Shown here in pieces: positions 21,342 to 31,979 of a stretch of DNA of 64,000 nucleotides. The translations under genes were made by a program, and so were the position numbers. This stretch comes from an uncultured Verrucomicrobiae bacterium (GTDB taxonomy: Bacteria; Verrucomicrobiota; Verrucomicrobiia; Opitutales; JABDGR01): assembly GCA_963765205.1 (NCBI GenBank), contig CAVXVB010000009.1, positions 1,088,001-1,152,000 on the forward strand, given 5' to 3'. A model generated the notes under the pieces. That model was given only the letters and a program-made list of their open reading frames with translations, searched no databases and was not told where the DNA came from. Numbering within the stretch: position 1 is the first letter of the stretch; every line of letters starts with the position of its first letter.

Positions 21342-22367
21342 TTAGGCGGGGATTCTTTCCCATTTGGCGAGGTGCGTGGCGGCGTGCTCGCCGAGTTCGG
21401 CGCGGGTGCGCACGCGTTCGAGGGTGGCGCGCAGGACGGCGGCTTCGGGAAAATCCTTGACCATGCTTTTGAATATGGCGCGCATTCCGCCCAGGTTGGT
21501 GGTGGCGGGGTCGCGGCCGAGTTGCGCGAGGCGGTCGTCCGCATAGCGCAGCATGGCGGCCCAGCGTTCGGCGAGGGTCGGCGCGGGTGGGCGCGGCGCG
21601 CCGGCCAGACCGGCCTTGATTTCACGGAAAATCCAGGGGTAACCGAGGGCGGCGCGGCCGACCATCAGGCCGGCCAGCGCAGTGTCCCGCCGCTGGCGGG
21701 CGGCCATCTCGGGCGCGTCCACGCTGCCGTTGCCGATGACGGGGATGGCGACGGCTTCAGCCACCGCAGCAATGACCGCCCAGTCCGCGCCGCCGCGGTA
21801 GCCCTGTTCCTTGGTGCGGCCATGCACGGCGAGGGCGCAGATGCCTGCGCCGGCGAGGCAGCGGGCAGCCTCGGGGGCGACGATGGAGCGTTCGTCCCAG
21901 CCGAGGCGGATTTTCGCGGTGACGGGAACGTCCACCGCGCGCACAACGGCGGCGGCGATTTTTTCGAGGAGGGGCAAATCACGCAGCAGCGAGGAGCCGG
22001 CGTTGCGGCAGGTGACCTTGTCCGCCGGGCAGCCGAAATTGAGGTCCACAAAATCCGGGCGCAGCCGGGCGACGACCTGGCGCGCGGCCTCGGCCATGAG
22101 GGCGGGGTCGCCGCCGAAAAGCTGGACGCCAAGTGGGCGTTCCGCGGGCGTGAAATACAAGTCCTGCCAGACGGCTTCGGTGCCGCGCACGAGGCCCTCG
22201 GCGTTGGCGAATTCGGTGACGAGCACGTCCGCGCCTTGCTCCTTGCAGAGGCGGCGGAAGGGGCTGTCGGTAAAGCCGGCCATGGGGGCGAGGTAGAGCG
22301 GAAAGCGCCCCGCGCCAAACCAGGGCAGCGGGGAAGGGGAGACTGCTATGGAGGCAACTTCGAGCAT
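21342..22367 (-). CDS. dusB: tRNA-dihydrouridine synthase
   Basis: LAPMAG.TD, NFGCP, HGRT..Q.Y, GNG, GR.ALG.PW. Confidence 0.9.
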   Translation of the reverse strand: MLEVASIAVSPSPLPWFGAGRFPLYLAPMAGFTDSPFRRLCKEQGADVLVTEFANAEGLVRGTEAVWQDLYFTPAERPLGVQLFGGDPALMAEAARQVVARLRPDFVDLNFGCPADKVTCRNAGSSLLRDLPLLEKIAAAVVRAVDVPVTAKIRLGWDERSIVAPEAARCLAGAGICALAVHGRTKEQGYRGGADWAVIAAVAEAVAIPVIGNGSVDAPEMAARQRRDTALAGLMVGRAALGYPWIFREIKAGLAGAPRPPAPTLAERWAAMLRYADDRLAQLGRDPATTNLGGMRAIFKSMVKDFPEAAVLRATLERVRTRAELGEHAATHLAKWERIPA

Positions 22368-22381
22368 GATTATTAAAAACG

Positions 22382-22490
22382 TTCACCGCAAAGGCGCGAA
22401 GATCGCTAAGGAGGATTTTTGACGGAATGGACGAAATGGACAGGATGGACCTGAAATTATTCTTAGCGATCTTTGCTCCTTCGCGGTGAA
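22382..22490. repeat. TTCACCGC-family inverted repeat enclosing 9-mer repeats; related copies at 47270-47332, 55069-55096 and 57206-57277
   Basis: ttcaccgcaaaggcgcgaagatcgctaag ... cttagcgatctttgctccttcgcggtgaa. Confidence 0.85.
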
Positions 22491-22500
22491 AGTCTTGCAT

Positions 22501-23037
22501 TCAGCCGGTGAGGCCGTCGAGCGCCTGGGCGAAGGCGGCGACGTTGCGGGTGAGGCCGCGCAGGCGGCGGCGCAGGTCGCCGTCGTCAGCGAGTTGCTCG
22601 TCGGCAAAATCCTGGGTGGTGGCGTAAACGAAGCGCGGGGCGATGACGCAGCGGAAATCGAGCATGAGGCTGTTGGCGAAAGGCATGACGCTCATGTAGC
22701 TGCCGGGGCCGCCGGCGGCGCAGATGAAGCCGACGACCTTGCCTGTCCACGCGTCGCCGCTGAGTTCGACGAGGTTCTTGGCCGCCGCGTTTATGCCGTA
22801 ATTGTAGACGGGCAGGGCGAGAATGATGCCGCGGGCGGCGCGGATTTTTTCCGCGAGCGCGACGACGGCGGGCAACTGATACACGCCGTCGCCGTCGCAG
22901 ACGGGGAGCTTGAGCGGTTCGAGGGCGATCAATTCGGCGTCGCGGCCCTCAGCGCGGCAGTCCGCCAGTGCCAACTGCGCGAGTTGGGCGCTGCGGCTGG
23001 AGGCATTGAGCGAACAACTGAAGATCAGCAGGCGCAT
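22501..23037 (-). CDS. NADPH-dependent FMN reductase
   Basis: SL...SRS, PVYNY, KNLVE, GKVVG. Confidence 0.9.
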   Translation of the reverse strand: MRLLIFSCSLNASSRSAQLAQLALADCRAEGRDAELIALEPLKLPVCDGDGVYQLPAVVALAEKIRAARGIILALPVYNYGINAAAKNLVELSGDAWTGKVVGFICAAGGPGSYMSVMPFANSLMLDFRCVIAPRFVYATTQDFADEQLADDGDLRRRLRGLTRNVAAFAQALDGLTG

Positions 23038-23076
23038 GACGATAATGTGGAAATTTCAGGGCCAAAAGACCACTTC

Positions 23077-23114
23077 AAAAAATGAACCCCGGTTGCGCGG
23101 GGCAACCGGGGTTC
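23077..23114 (-). terminator. Rho-independent terminator after the FecR-domain gene
   Basis: 13-bp stem gaaccccggttgc/gcaaccggggttc followed by a T-run on the minus strand. Confidence 0.8.
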
Positions 23115-23160
23115 GAGAGCGGAATTGTTTTTCAATTCCGCGCGCAGCAGACCAACCGGG

Positions 23161-24123
23161 TTAGGTCGGTTGCACCGAGGGCGTGGTGGCGTTCTGCGGA
23201 TTGGAGACCGGGCTGCCGGTGCTGGCGCCGGTGGTGGCGGGAGCAGCCGGAGTCAGATTAATGGTTTGGGTTCCATTCGAGGTGGTCACACCACCGGAAG
23301 GCGGAATCGAAGGCGGGGGCTGCGCGGGCAAACCGGCCTGCACCAGCGCCGTGTTGGTGACGTCGTTCAAGGTGTTCGCCAAATCCTGGGCTGCCGTGGT
23401 GCTGAGGTTGGCGCCCACCATGTTGCCCGCAGTAATCAAACCAGTGTTCGGATTCACCGTCAGATTCACCGTAATCGTGGCGGCGGTGTTAATGTTGGCG
23501 TTGGTGACGGTGGTGGAGGTGCCGTTCGCCGAAGTCGTGGTCGTCGTCACCCCCGGCGTAAATGTCATCGATCCCACCACACAGGTGGCAATGATGCCAG
23601 TGACCTGGCCCGCGGCGTTGCGGACGATGGTGATGTCAATGATGGTGCCGCGAATACCGGCGGACCCGGCCGGGGTGTCCACGGTGAACTTCGAGCCTGC
23701 ACCGGTGTCAAGTTTCTTAACTTCACCCTGCAAGGAGCCGGAGCTCAATTTGAGGTCGGTGTCGGATTTGCTGGGGTCTTTGGTGAGGCGGAGGAAGGTG
23801 CCTTCGGCGGCTTCGTCAAACGGAGCTTGCTGGAACGAGGCCACGTCGAGCGTGGTTTCGGCCTTGACGTGAAGCGTGGCGCCATTGGACATGACCAAGA
23901 GGGCATTGGCACCCTTGCCGGCCTGAACTTTGTTGCCTTGCTCGAAGGTTTGACCGCGCTTGAGTGCGGAGGAAGTGCCATCCGGGGCGATCAACTGAAC
24001 ATCACCGACCACAATAACAGCCTGGACTTTGCCATTGGCCATGGTCTGCGCCAGCGAGGTATGCGGGAAGGCCAGAAAGGCCAACAACGCAGCGAGGTAA
24101 ATTTTTAGATGTTTCATAGTCAT
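23161..24123 (-). CDS. Secreted FecR-domain protein with a Thr/Pro-rich tail
   Basis: Signal peptide; L..G.L.G.VKKL...S.FTVDTPAGSAGIRGT. Confidence 0.82.
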   Translation of the reverse strand: MTMKHLKIYLAALLAFLAFPHTSLAQTMANGKVQAVIVVGDVQLIAPDGTSSALKRGQTFEQGNKVQAGKGANALLVMSNGATLHVKAETTLDVASFQQAPFDEAAEGTFLRLTKDPSKSDTDLKLSSGSLQGEVKKLDTGAGSKFTVDTPAGSAGIRGTIIDITIVRNAAGQVTGIIATCVVGSMTFTPGVTTTTTSANGTSTTVTNANINTAATITVNLTVNPNTGLITAGNMVGANLSTTAAQDLANTLNDVTNTALVQAGLPAQPPPSIPPSGGVTTSNGTQTINLTPAAPATTGASTGSPVSNPQNATTPSVQPT

Positions 24124-24413
24124 AAATATTTATAAATGGAGCCGAAACGGTTGAAGGGTAATTCCTTAAACCGGGTCTATTTCTATCCCACCAACGCCCG
24201 GCTGGCAAGTCATTTTTTTCAAGATTAATAGAAAAAATAAGCAGGTGTTCACCTACCCAACCCGTGCCGGACTTGGATGGCAAAGCCATTCGCAGCGCAT
24301 TTGGCGAAATTATGCTTTCCATGGACGTTGGTTTAGGTAAAAACTGGGGGCGATGGGGAAAGATTATCCGCCAAATTTTGGCCAAATTTATAATAACTAA
24401 TTTCATTAACGTT

Positions 24414-25203
24414 ATGTCCAAGTCGAGAAAAAATAGCAACTTGTTGTTGGGCATAGACATCGGTGGGACCGGAATCAAAGGAGGCATCGTGGACTTGACC
24501 AAGGGTACGCTGGTGGGCGAGCGCGTGCGCATTGACACTCCCCCAACCCGCCACCCCGGCGGCCATCGGTGACGTGCTAAGCGCCATTGCCAAACATTTT
24601 CAATGGACCGGCCCGATTGGCTGTGGTTTCCCGGGGGTGATCAACCAAGGGCGCATCATGATGGCCGCGAACCTGGACGAGACGCTGATAGGCGTGGATT
24701 TTGCGCGGCTGGTGCAGGAGCGCACGGGTTGCCCGGCGCATGTGATCAATGACGCGGACGCGGCGGGTTTGGCCGAAGTCACGTTCGGCGCGGGCAAGGG
24801 GCGGCAGGGCGTGGTGATTCTCATCACGGTGGGGACCGGGATCGGTTGCGGGTTTTTCTACAACGGCCAGCTCATCCCGAGCACGGAGCTGGGCCATGTG
24901 AAGATGAAGGACAAGGACACGGGCAAAATCTGTGACGCGGAGGACCTCGTCTCCGACCGGGCGCGCCAGGAGCAGGATTTGTCATGGAAGGCGTGGGCGA
25001 AGCGGTTTGACCGCTATCTGAAATACATCCAGCGGCTGGTCTGGCCGGAACTGATCATCATTGGCGGCGGCGCAACGAAGAAGGGCGAGAAATTCATGCC
25101 GCTGTTGACGGTGCCCTGCGCGACGGCGCTGGCGGCGCTGGGCAACAACGCGGGCATCATCGGCGCGGCGGAGGCGGCGCGACGGAGCCTGGGGCGGAAG
25201 TGA
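24414..25203 (+). CDS. ppgK: Polyphosphate glucokinase (ROK family), frameshift in the C run at 24540-24544
   Basis: GIDIGGTGIKG...ERVRIDT then PQPATP; NDADAAG.AE, GTGIG, TELGH, IIGGG, NNAGIIGAA. Confidence 0.88.
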
Positions 25204-25523
25204 AATAGGAGTGCGGGGTGTAGAATGTGGAGAAAGATGAAATTCCTTGACGAATAAAACGCTCAACTTTTAACGCCCCATTACGAAAACCCCTCCCATT
25301 GCCTGCCGCGACTTTTTTTTGTGTTTTATGGATTCGGGGAAGCATAGCATGAGCCATTGGGATTTAGAGGATGGGTGGTGGTCGAAATACGAATACCTTT
25401 ATGCCTAACGCTAAATCGGGACTACCGACAAAAGGCTTTTTCCATTCAGACAGTTTTACCCCCGCAGATCCTGCCGGTTTCGTTTGACTCCGCGCGTGGG
25501 TTGGCGAATGTTGGGCGGCGCGC

Positions 25524-26246
25524 ATGGACACTGCCCAGGAACTGGTGGAGGCCGCCCTCGAACTCAGGGAACGGACGGCGAAGCTGAAATTCGGGCCGCC
25601 GGTCGCCTATGTTTACCGCCCGCTGGAATATGCGTGGCGGGCGCACGAGGCGTATTTGCGCCGGCATGGCGGGGGCGAGAAGCGCGTCGTCTTCCTCGGC
25701 ATGAACCCGGGGCCGTTCGGCATGGCGCAGACGGGCGTGCCGTTCGGCGAGGTGAAGGCCGTGCGCGATTGGGTCGGCGTCGTCATGCCGGTGGACCAGC
25801 CGGAGCGCGCGCACCCCAAGCGCCCCGTGCTGGGCTTCGCCTGCAAGCGCTCGGAGGTCAGCGGCAAGCGCCTCTGGGGCTGGTTCGCGCAGCGCTTCGG
25901 CCCGGCGGAAAATTTCTTCAAACAGCATTTCGTCTTCAATTACTGCCCGCTGCTGTTTTTGGACGAAGGCGGGCGCAACCTGACGCCGGACAAATTCAAA
26001 GGCGAGGCCGCCGAGCAATTATTCGCGGCGTGCGACACGCATTTGCGCCGCGTGGTCGCGGATGTCCGCGCGGACTGGGTGGTCGGGGTGGGAGCCTTTG
26101 CCGAGGAGCGCGCGCGGCAGGCTCTGCTCGGGCATGGCGTGGCGATTGGGCGCATCCCGCACCCCAGCCCGGCGAATCCGGCGGCGAATAAAGACTGGGC
26201 GGGTGCGGCCACGCGTGCGATGCTCAAGCAAGGCGTGTGGTCGTAG
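25524..26246 (+). CDS. SMUG1-type uracil-DNA glycosylase (family 3)
   Basis: GMNPGPFGMAQTGVPFG, SEVSG.R, NYCPL, HPSP. Confidence 0.93.
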   Translation: MDTAQELVEAALELRERTAKLKFGPPVAYVYRPLEYAWRAHEAYLRRHGGGEKRVVFLGMNPGPFGMAQTGVPFGEVKAVRDWVGVVMPVDQPERAHPKRPVLGFACKRSEVSGKRLWGWFAQRFGPAENFFKQHFVFNYCPLLFLDEGGRNLTPDKFKGEAAEQLFAACDTHLRRVVADVRADWVVGVGAFAEERARQALLGHGVAIGRIPHPSPANPAANKDWAGAATRAMLKQGVWS

Positions 26247-26263
26247 TTGCCCGCGCCCTATTC

Positions 26264-27202
26264 ATGGCCGCCAATTCCCAACCGCCGTTTTCCAATTACC
26301 ACGAGGGCCTCGCGGTGGTGTGGCGGAGCCTGCTCGTCAACGTCGCGCTGGCGGCGGTGAAAATAGGCGTCGGAATCTTCGCCCAATCGCAGGCGCTGGT
26401 GGCCGACGGTCTGCACAGCCTGGCGGATTTGGCCGGCGACATCGCCGCGCTGCTCGGGTTGAAGGTCGCCGAACAGCCGGGCGATGAAAACCACCCCTAC
26501 GGCCACCACAAATTTGCCAGCCTGGCGTGCCTGTTCGTCGCCGTGCTGTTGCTCGGGTGCTGCGCCATGCTGATTGGGAATTCCGTGCAACATTTGCGCG
26601 AGGCCGTCGCGACGGCGCCCGGGCCAGCGGCGTTGTGGGTCGCGCTGTTGGCGATGGTCGTGAAGGAATTTTTTTATCGTTACGCCGCGCGCGAAGCCCG
26701 GCGGCTGAAACTGCGCGTGCTCACGGTCAGCGCGCTCGACCATCGCGCCGACGCGCTCGCGTCGCTGCTGGTGGTCGCGGCGATTGCCATGACGCGTTAC
26801 GGCGGCTCGCGCTGGGCGTTTCTGGACCAGGCCGCCGGCCTGTTAATCGGCGGCTACCTGGCGGCGTTTGGCGTGAAAATTTTGTGGCAATCCTGCGCCG
26901 ACCTGCTCGACACCGCCCCTGGGCCGGAGATGATCAACGACCTGCGCGAGCACATCCTGGCCGTGCCGGGCGCGGTGGCGTATCATCAATTCCGCACGCG
27001 CCGCATCGGCGATTTATATGAAGTGGATTTGCACCTGCAGGTGGACCCGCAGTTGACGGTCGAGGCCGGCCACGACATTGCCCGCCACGTCAAAAAAGCC
27101 ATTTTGGAAAAACACCCTGAAGTCGTCGAAGTGCTGATCCACCTCGAGCCGGCCTCGCGCGCGCACCTGAAGGACGCAGGCGTGCATGGGAGCAAGATAT
27201 AA
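26264..27202 (+). CDS. Cation diffusion facilitator transporter
   Basis: ADGLHSLAD, HPYGH, DHRAD, H.EP. Confidence 0.93.
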   Translation: MAANSQPPFSNYHEGLAVVWRSLLVNVALAAVKIGVGIFAQSQALVADGLHSLADLAGDIAALLGLKVAEQPGDENHPYGHHKFASLACLFVAVLLLGCCAMLIGNSVQHLREAVATAPGPAALWVALLAMVVKEFFYRYAAREARRLKLRVLTVSALDHRADALASLLVVAAIAMTRYGGSRWAFLDQAAGLLIGGYLAAFGVKILWQSCADLLDTAPGPEMINDLREHILAVPGAVAYHQFRTRRIGDLYEVDLHLQVDPQLTVEAGHDIARHVKKAILEKHPEVVEVLIHLEPASRAHLKDAGVHGSKI

Positions 27203-27281
27203 GAAGAGTGAACGGAAGCCGGCGGCCCGGTCGGATGCTTTTCCTTCTTGCCGTCCGGGGCGGAATCAAAAAACTGCTCCG

Positions 27282-27929
27282 ATGCTGACCAAGTTCACCG
27301 AGGATGCAAATGGGCGGAAAGTCGAAATGACGGCGGGTTTTGCTGCGCCAATGGACTTGGATGAAACTGAATCCATTATCTATCCGCGTAAAGATGGCAA
27401 AAAATTCACCCTCATCCAAAAATTATCTTTTAACGTTTTGGATAACCTTTGGAAAGAAGTTGCAGATTATAAAAGACGCAGATGTTTTGCCTCGAGTGAG
27501 GCCGATCTCCGGCGCTTCTGTCTGAAGAAATGTCCGGAATTTGGAGCGGTCCTCATCTGGAGGGTAAATCAGCAGATCGCCGGACTGGCATTCTTTCACG
27601 TCACTTGGAAACGGAATGTCTATTTGGATTGGCTGACCAAGACGCAGGAATTTCTGGAACCGACACGAAAAACCAAAAATTTTGGCAAATTTATGATGGA
27701 AACCGTGGGCATTGTCGCATGGCAATTATTAGGGGCGAATTTGATCTTTATCGAATCCAAGAAAGGTCGAGCGGCGGATTATTACAAAAAGACCCTTGGC
27801 TTAAGAAAACGATGCGATTTCATTCTCCTGGCCATGGATTTTCATGCCGAACAACCAGGTTGGAAGGTGTGCGATCAAATTTACGGACTTGCAAACTCCA
27901 AAAAACCAGTTAGGTTGCCAGCATTATGA
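27282..27929 (+). CDS. Hypothetical GNAT-like protein, AT-rich; start uncertain
   Basis: VYLDWL...K.FGK.MM....A...G...IFIES....AADYYKK.LG resembles GNAT motifs A and B. Confidence 0.6.
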   Translation: MLTKFTEDANGRKVEMTAGFAAPMDLDETESIIYPRKDGKKFTLIQKLSFNVLDNLWKEVADYKRRRCFASSEADLRRFCLKKCPEFGAVLIWRVNQQIAGLAFFHVTWKRNVYLDWLTKTQEFLEPTRKTKNFGKFMMETVGIVAWQLLGANLIFIESKKGRAADYYKKTLGLRKRCDFILLAMDFHAEQPGWKVCDQIYGLANSKKPVRLPAL

Positions 27930-28138
27930 TTCACTTAAAAGCGGGTGAAGTTCTGTTCAATGGGAAAAAAGTGCCTGTAGCCCAGCTTTCCGGCATGAAT
28001 TTGGGTGACGATGAAGGAACCTTTCCATTTGCCATGCGTTCGGGCAGGATGTTGGTGAGTTCCGCTCTCGATACATCCAAACGGGATTCCAGCTTACCTA
28101 AGCAGCACGTCAATGGTTCGCATCGGCGGAAGGGCTAG
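27926..28138 (+). CDS. 70-aa hypothetical protein coupled to the GNAT-like gene
   Basis: ATGA start/stop overlap at 27926-27929. Confidence 0.5.
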   Translation: MIHLKAGEVLFNGKKVPVAQLSGMNLGDDEGTFPFAMRSGRMLVSSALDTSKRDSSLPKQHVNGSHRRKG

Positions 28139-28191
28139 TTCCTCGCTTTTCATTCTTGCCGTCCGGGGCGGTGCGCCAAGACTGGCGGGGT

Positions 28192-29739
28192 ATGGAAAAA
28201 CGCGCCCTGCTCTCCGTCAGTGACAAATCCGGCCTCGCCGACTTCGCCCGCGCGCTCGCGGGCCGCGGCTACCAACTGCTCTCGACCGGCGGCACAGCGA
28301 AGCTCCTGCGCGAGGCGGGCCTCGCGGTCACGGACGTGAGCGAATACACCGGCTTTCCCGAGATGATGGATGGGCGCGTCAAGACGCTGCATCCCAAAAT
28401 CCACGGCGGCCTCCTCTGCCGGCGCGACCTGCCCGAGCACCTCGCCCAGGCCCAAGCCCACGGCATCGGCCTGATTGATTTGGTCGTGGTCAACCTTTAC
28501 CCCTTCGAGCAGACCGTCGCCAAACCGCATTGTACTTTCGAGGAGGCCATCGAAAACATTGACATCGGCGGCCCCTCGATGTTGCGCAGCGCGGCGAAAA
28601 ACCACGCAGCCGTCACCGTCGTCTGCGACCCCGCAGACTACGTGCGTGTGCTCGCGGCGCTCGATGACGAAGTGCAGTTGGCAGCCCTGCGGCGCGAACT
28701 CGCTCTGAAAGTTTTTCAGCGCACCGGCGCTTACGACACCGCCATTGCGGCCTACCTCGCCGCGCCGCCGGGCGGTGCGCCGGACCTGGATGCCATCGCC
28801 GGCTTCCCCGCAAAATTCACGCTCGGGCTCCCCAAGGTGCAGAACTTGCGCTACGGCGAAAACCCGCACCAGCGCGCGGCGCTCTACGGCTCCTTCGGCG
28901 AATGTTTTGACCAGCTTCAGGGTAAGGAGCTATCCTACAATAATATTTTGGACATCACCTCGGCGGCCTATCTCATCGGCGAATTCGAGAAGCCCACCGT
29001 CGCCATCCTCAAGCACACCAATCCCTGCGGCGTTGCCAGCGCGCCGACCCTCCTCGAAGCCTGGGAGCAGGCCTATGCGACCGACCGCCAGGCGCCCTTC
29101 GGCGGCATCATTGTCGTCAACCGCACGGTGGACGAGCCGCTCGCGAAGGCCATCGCGGAAATTTTCAGCGAAGTCATCATCGCGCCGGGCTTTGACGACG
29201 CGGCGCGCGCAATCTTCGCGAAGAAGAAGAATTTGCGCCTGATGGTGGCGAAATCGAACCTGCGCGCCGAAACGCTGCTCGAACTGCGCAGCGTGGTCGG
29301 CGGCGTGCTCGTGCAGGATCGCGACTACAAGCCTATCAGCCCATCCGCCTGGAAAGTAGTCACCAAGCGCGCGCCGACCGAAGCCGAGTGGGCCGCCCTG
29401 CAATTCGGCTGGCGCGTTGTCCGGCACGTCAAGTCGAACGCGATTGTTTACGCGGCGGCGGAACGCACGCTCGGCGTCGGCGCGGGGCAAATGTCGCGCG
29501 TGGATTCGTCAAAAATCGCCGTCTGGAAAGCGGGTGAGGCCGGCCTGTCCCTGCAAGGTTCGATTGTCGCCTCGGACGCCTTTTTTCCCTTTCCTGACGG
29601 CTTGGTCGCGGCCGCCCAGGCCGGGGCCACCGCCGCCGTGCAACCCGGCGGCTCAATGCGCGACCCGGAGGTCATCGCCGCCGCCGACGCGCACAACCTC
29701 GCCATGGTTTTTACTGGCGTGCGGCATTTTAAGCACTAA
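28192..29739 (+). CDS. purH: AICAR transformylase/IMP cyclohydrolase
   Basis: [42 protein letters not shown]. Confidence 0.97.
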   Translation: MEKRALLSVSDKSGLADFARALAGRGYQLLSTGGTAKLLREAGLAVTDVSEYTGFPEMMDGRVKTLHPKIHGGLLCRRDLPEHLAQAQAHGIGLIDLVVVNLYPFEQTVAKPHCTFEEAIENIDIGGPSMLRSAAKNHAAVTVVCDPADYVRVLAALDDEVQLAALRRELALKVFQRTGAYDTAIAAYLAAPPGGAPDLDAIAGFPAKFTLGLPKVQNLRYGENPHQRAALYGSFGECFDQLQGKELSYNNILDITSAAYLIGEFEKPTVAILKHTNPCGVASAPTLLEAWEQAYATDRQAPFGGIIVVNRTVDEPLAKAIAEIFSEVIIAPGFDDAARAIFAKKKNLRLMVAKSNLRAETLLELRSVVGGVLVQDRDYKPISPSAWKVVTKRAPTEAEWAALQFGWRVVRHVKSNAIVYAAAERTLGVGAGQMSRVDSSKIAVWKAGEAGLSLQGSIVASDAFFPFPDGLVAAAQAGATAAVQPGGSMRDPEVIAAADAHNLAMVFTGVRHFKH

Positions 29740-29750
29740 AATCACGGGCC

Positions 29751-30647
29751 ATGAAGTGTGGCATTCCAGGGATCTGTTTGGCGGCATTTGGCCTGCTTGC
29801 CGGCGCCAATTTTGTTTGGGCTGCCGATGCGCCGGCATTTTCCGGCAAGGCTGGCACGTTTCCCGACGAGAAAATCACCGTCAACGACGAGACGCGCGAG
29901 TATCGGCTGGTCGTGCCGGACACGCTGGACTTGTCGAAGCCCGCGCCCATCGTCTTTGCCTTCCACGGCATGGGCGAGGACAACAAGGACCATTTTGCCA
30001 CGGTCTCGACGCTGCCCGCCCTGGCGGCAGAGCATAAATTCATCCTCGTTTTCCCGGCCGCGGCGGGGCAGATGATTCCAGGGCAAAACCAGGTGGTCAC
30101 GGCTTGGGCGCTGGCGCCGGAGCGGGCCATTGCGGATTTGCGGTTTTTCGACGCGCTACTGGCGAAAATGCAGGCCCAATACCGGATTGACCCGGACGCG
30201 ATTTACCTGACCGGCATGTCCAACGGCGCGTATTTTGCGCACTTGCTGGCGCGCGAGCGGGCGAGCATCATCGCGGCGGTCGCGGCCCATTCGGGCGAGT
30301 TGGGGCAGTTCGACCTCAATTTCATTCAATCCGCCCGCAAGTTTCCTGTGATGATTATTCACGGCGATGCCGACCCGATTTTTAACGTGAGTCTGGCCCG
30401 CAGCGCACGCCTGGTTTACGAAAGCGCCGGCCACCCGGTCACCTACCTTGAGATTCCCGGCTGGGGTCACCAATGGGACCCGCGCGTCGAAGAAAAAATT
30501 TGGGATTTTTTCAGCAAAAGCCGCCTGCATCCCGCCCTGCCGGATGCCAAACCCGCCAGCCCGGCCGCTTCGGCTGGCGCCAGCGCCGCGCCTGTGCAGG
30601 CATCCGCAACGGCATCCGCCTCCGCGCCTTCGTCCGCCCATCCCTAA
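29751..30647 (+). CDS. Secreted esterase (LpqC/PHB depolymerase-like)
   Basis: Signal peptide; FHG, GMSNG, HG.AD, GH.W. Confidence 0.85.
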   Translation: MKCGIPGICLAAFGLLAGANFVWAADAPAFSGKAGTFPDEKITVNDETREYRLVVPDTLDLSKPAPIVFAFHGMGEDNKDHFATVSTLPALAAEHKFILVFPAAAGQMIPGQNQVVTAWALAPERAIADLRFFDALLAKMQAQYRIDPDAIYLTGMSNGAYFAHLLARERASIIAAVAAHSGELGQFDLNFIQSARKFPVMIIHGDADPIFNVSLARSARLVYESAGHPVTYLEIPGWGHQWDPRVEEKIWDFFSKSRLHPALPDAKPASPAASAGASAAPVQASATASASAPSSAHP

Positions 30648-30670
30648 ACTGCTCTTTGCGTCGTTACCCC

Positions 30671-31291
30671 ATGCACCGCCCCGCCCTGAAACATCTGCGT
30701 AGCGACCCCGTGATGAAACGCGTCATCACGCAGGCCGGCCCGCCCACGCTCACCCCCCGCCGGCAACCGACCTTCCAGTCCATCGCACAGGCCATTATCT
30801 ACCAGCAACTCAGCGGGCGCGTGGCCGAGGTGATTCTCGGCCGGTTCAAAAAACTCTTCAGCAAAAACGGTGAGCGCTTCCCCGCGCCGCGCGATGTTCT
30901 CGCCGCCTCGGTGAAAAAACTGCGTAGTGCCGGCCTCTCCGAGGCCAAGGCCAACGCCATTCGCGACCTCGCCCGACGCGCGCGCGACGGCCTCGTCCCC
31001 ACGCTCGCCCAATGCGACGAGCTAACCGACGCACAACTCGTCGAGGTCTTCACCGCCATCAAAGGCGTCGGGCCGTGGACGGTCGAGATGCTCCTGATTT
31101 TCAACCTCGGCCGGCCGGATATTTTGCCCGTGAACGACCTCGGCATCCGGCGCGGCTTTCAAATCGCCCACGGCTTGCGCCAAATGCCCAGCCCGGAGCG
31201 CGTCGCCCGCGACGGGAAAAAATGGGCGCCGCACCGCACTCTCGCTGCCTGGTATCTCTGGCGCGCTGCGGATGGGGCAAAGGGGAAGTAA
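30671..31291 (+). CDS. DNA-3-methyladenine glycosylase (AlkA/HhH-GPD)
   Basis: IIYQQLS, IKGVGPWT, LP.NDLG, W.P.RT.A.WYLW. Confidence 0.92.
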   Translation: MHRPALKHLRSDPVMKRVITQAGPPTLTPRRQPTFQSIAQAIIYQQLSGRVAEVILGRFKKLFSKNGERFPAPRDVLAASVKKLRSAGLSEAKANAIRDLARRARDGLVPTLAQCDELTDAQLVEVFTAIKGVGPWTVEMLLIFNLGRPDILPVNDLGIRRGFQIAHGLRQMPSPERVARDGKKWAPHRTLAAWYLWRAADGAKGK

Positions 31292-31495
31292 GCATTAAAA
31301 TTTAAGCATTAAGAAGTCAGAATGCAGGAGAAAGAAGTCAGGATTCAGAATTCAGATTGTTTGAGTTTTGAAATATTAGATTTGAAATGAGAAACAAGCT
31401 CGGGCTTTTGCCCGTGACTCCCAACCATCGCCATTTATTTGGCTGGCGCTCGTGCATGAAAATATCAATCATCGCCTCCCTCCCAGTCATCCCCC

Positions 31496-31867
31496 ATGAG
31501 CGCCAACACCATTTGTTGGAAGGATATTCCCGTCGTCAATCTTGATCGCGCGATCAAGTTTTATTCCGCCGTGCTCGGCGTGAAGGTCAAAAAGGAATCG
31601 TTTTCAGGCTTCAAGATGAGCCTGCTGCCCCACGAGAGCCAGAACGTCCTCCGCTGTCTCTGCAAACTCAAGGGCAATAAACCCTCGAAAACCGGCCCGC
31701 TGATTTACTTGAGTGTCGGCGCGCGACATGACAAAGCCGAAAAGGCTGCGGCCAAGAAGGGCGGCAAAGTTTTGCAGAAAAAGCACATGATCGGCCCCTA
31801 CGGCTTCCGCTCCGTCATCCTCGACAGCGAAGGTAATCGTATCGCCCTGCATTCAGAGAAGGGTTGA
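31496..31867 (+). CDS. VOC/glyoxalase family protein
   Basis: IPV..LDRA.KFY; DSEGNRIALH. Confidence 0.88.
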   Translation: MSANTICWKDIPVVNLDRAIKFYSAVLGVKVKKESFSGFKMSLLPHESQNVLRCLCKLKGNKPSKTGPLIYLSVGARHDKAEKAAAKKGGKVLQKKHMIGPYGFRSVILDSEGNRIALHSEKG

Positions 31868-31979
31868 GGACAGCCGTGGAAAGCGCGGATTTTTGACCAC
31901 GGATTGCCCGTATAGCACGGATGGTCATGGCGAAACTCATCCGTGACATCTGGGTCATTCATGGTTAAGTATCTCGTGT

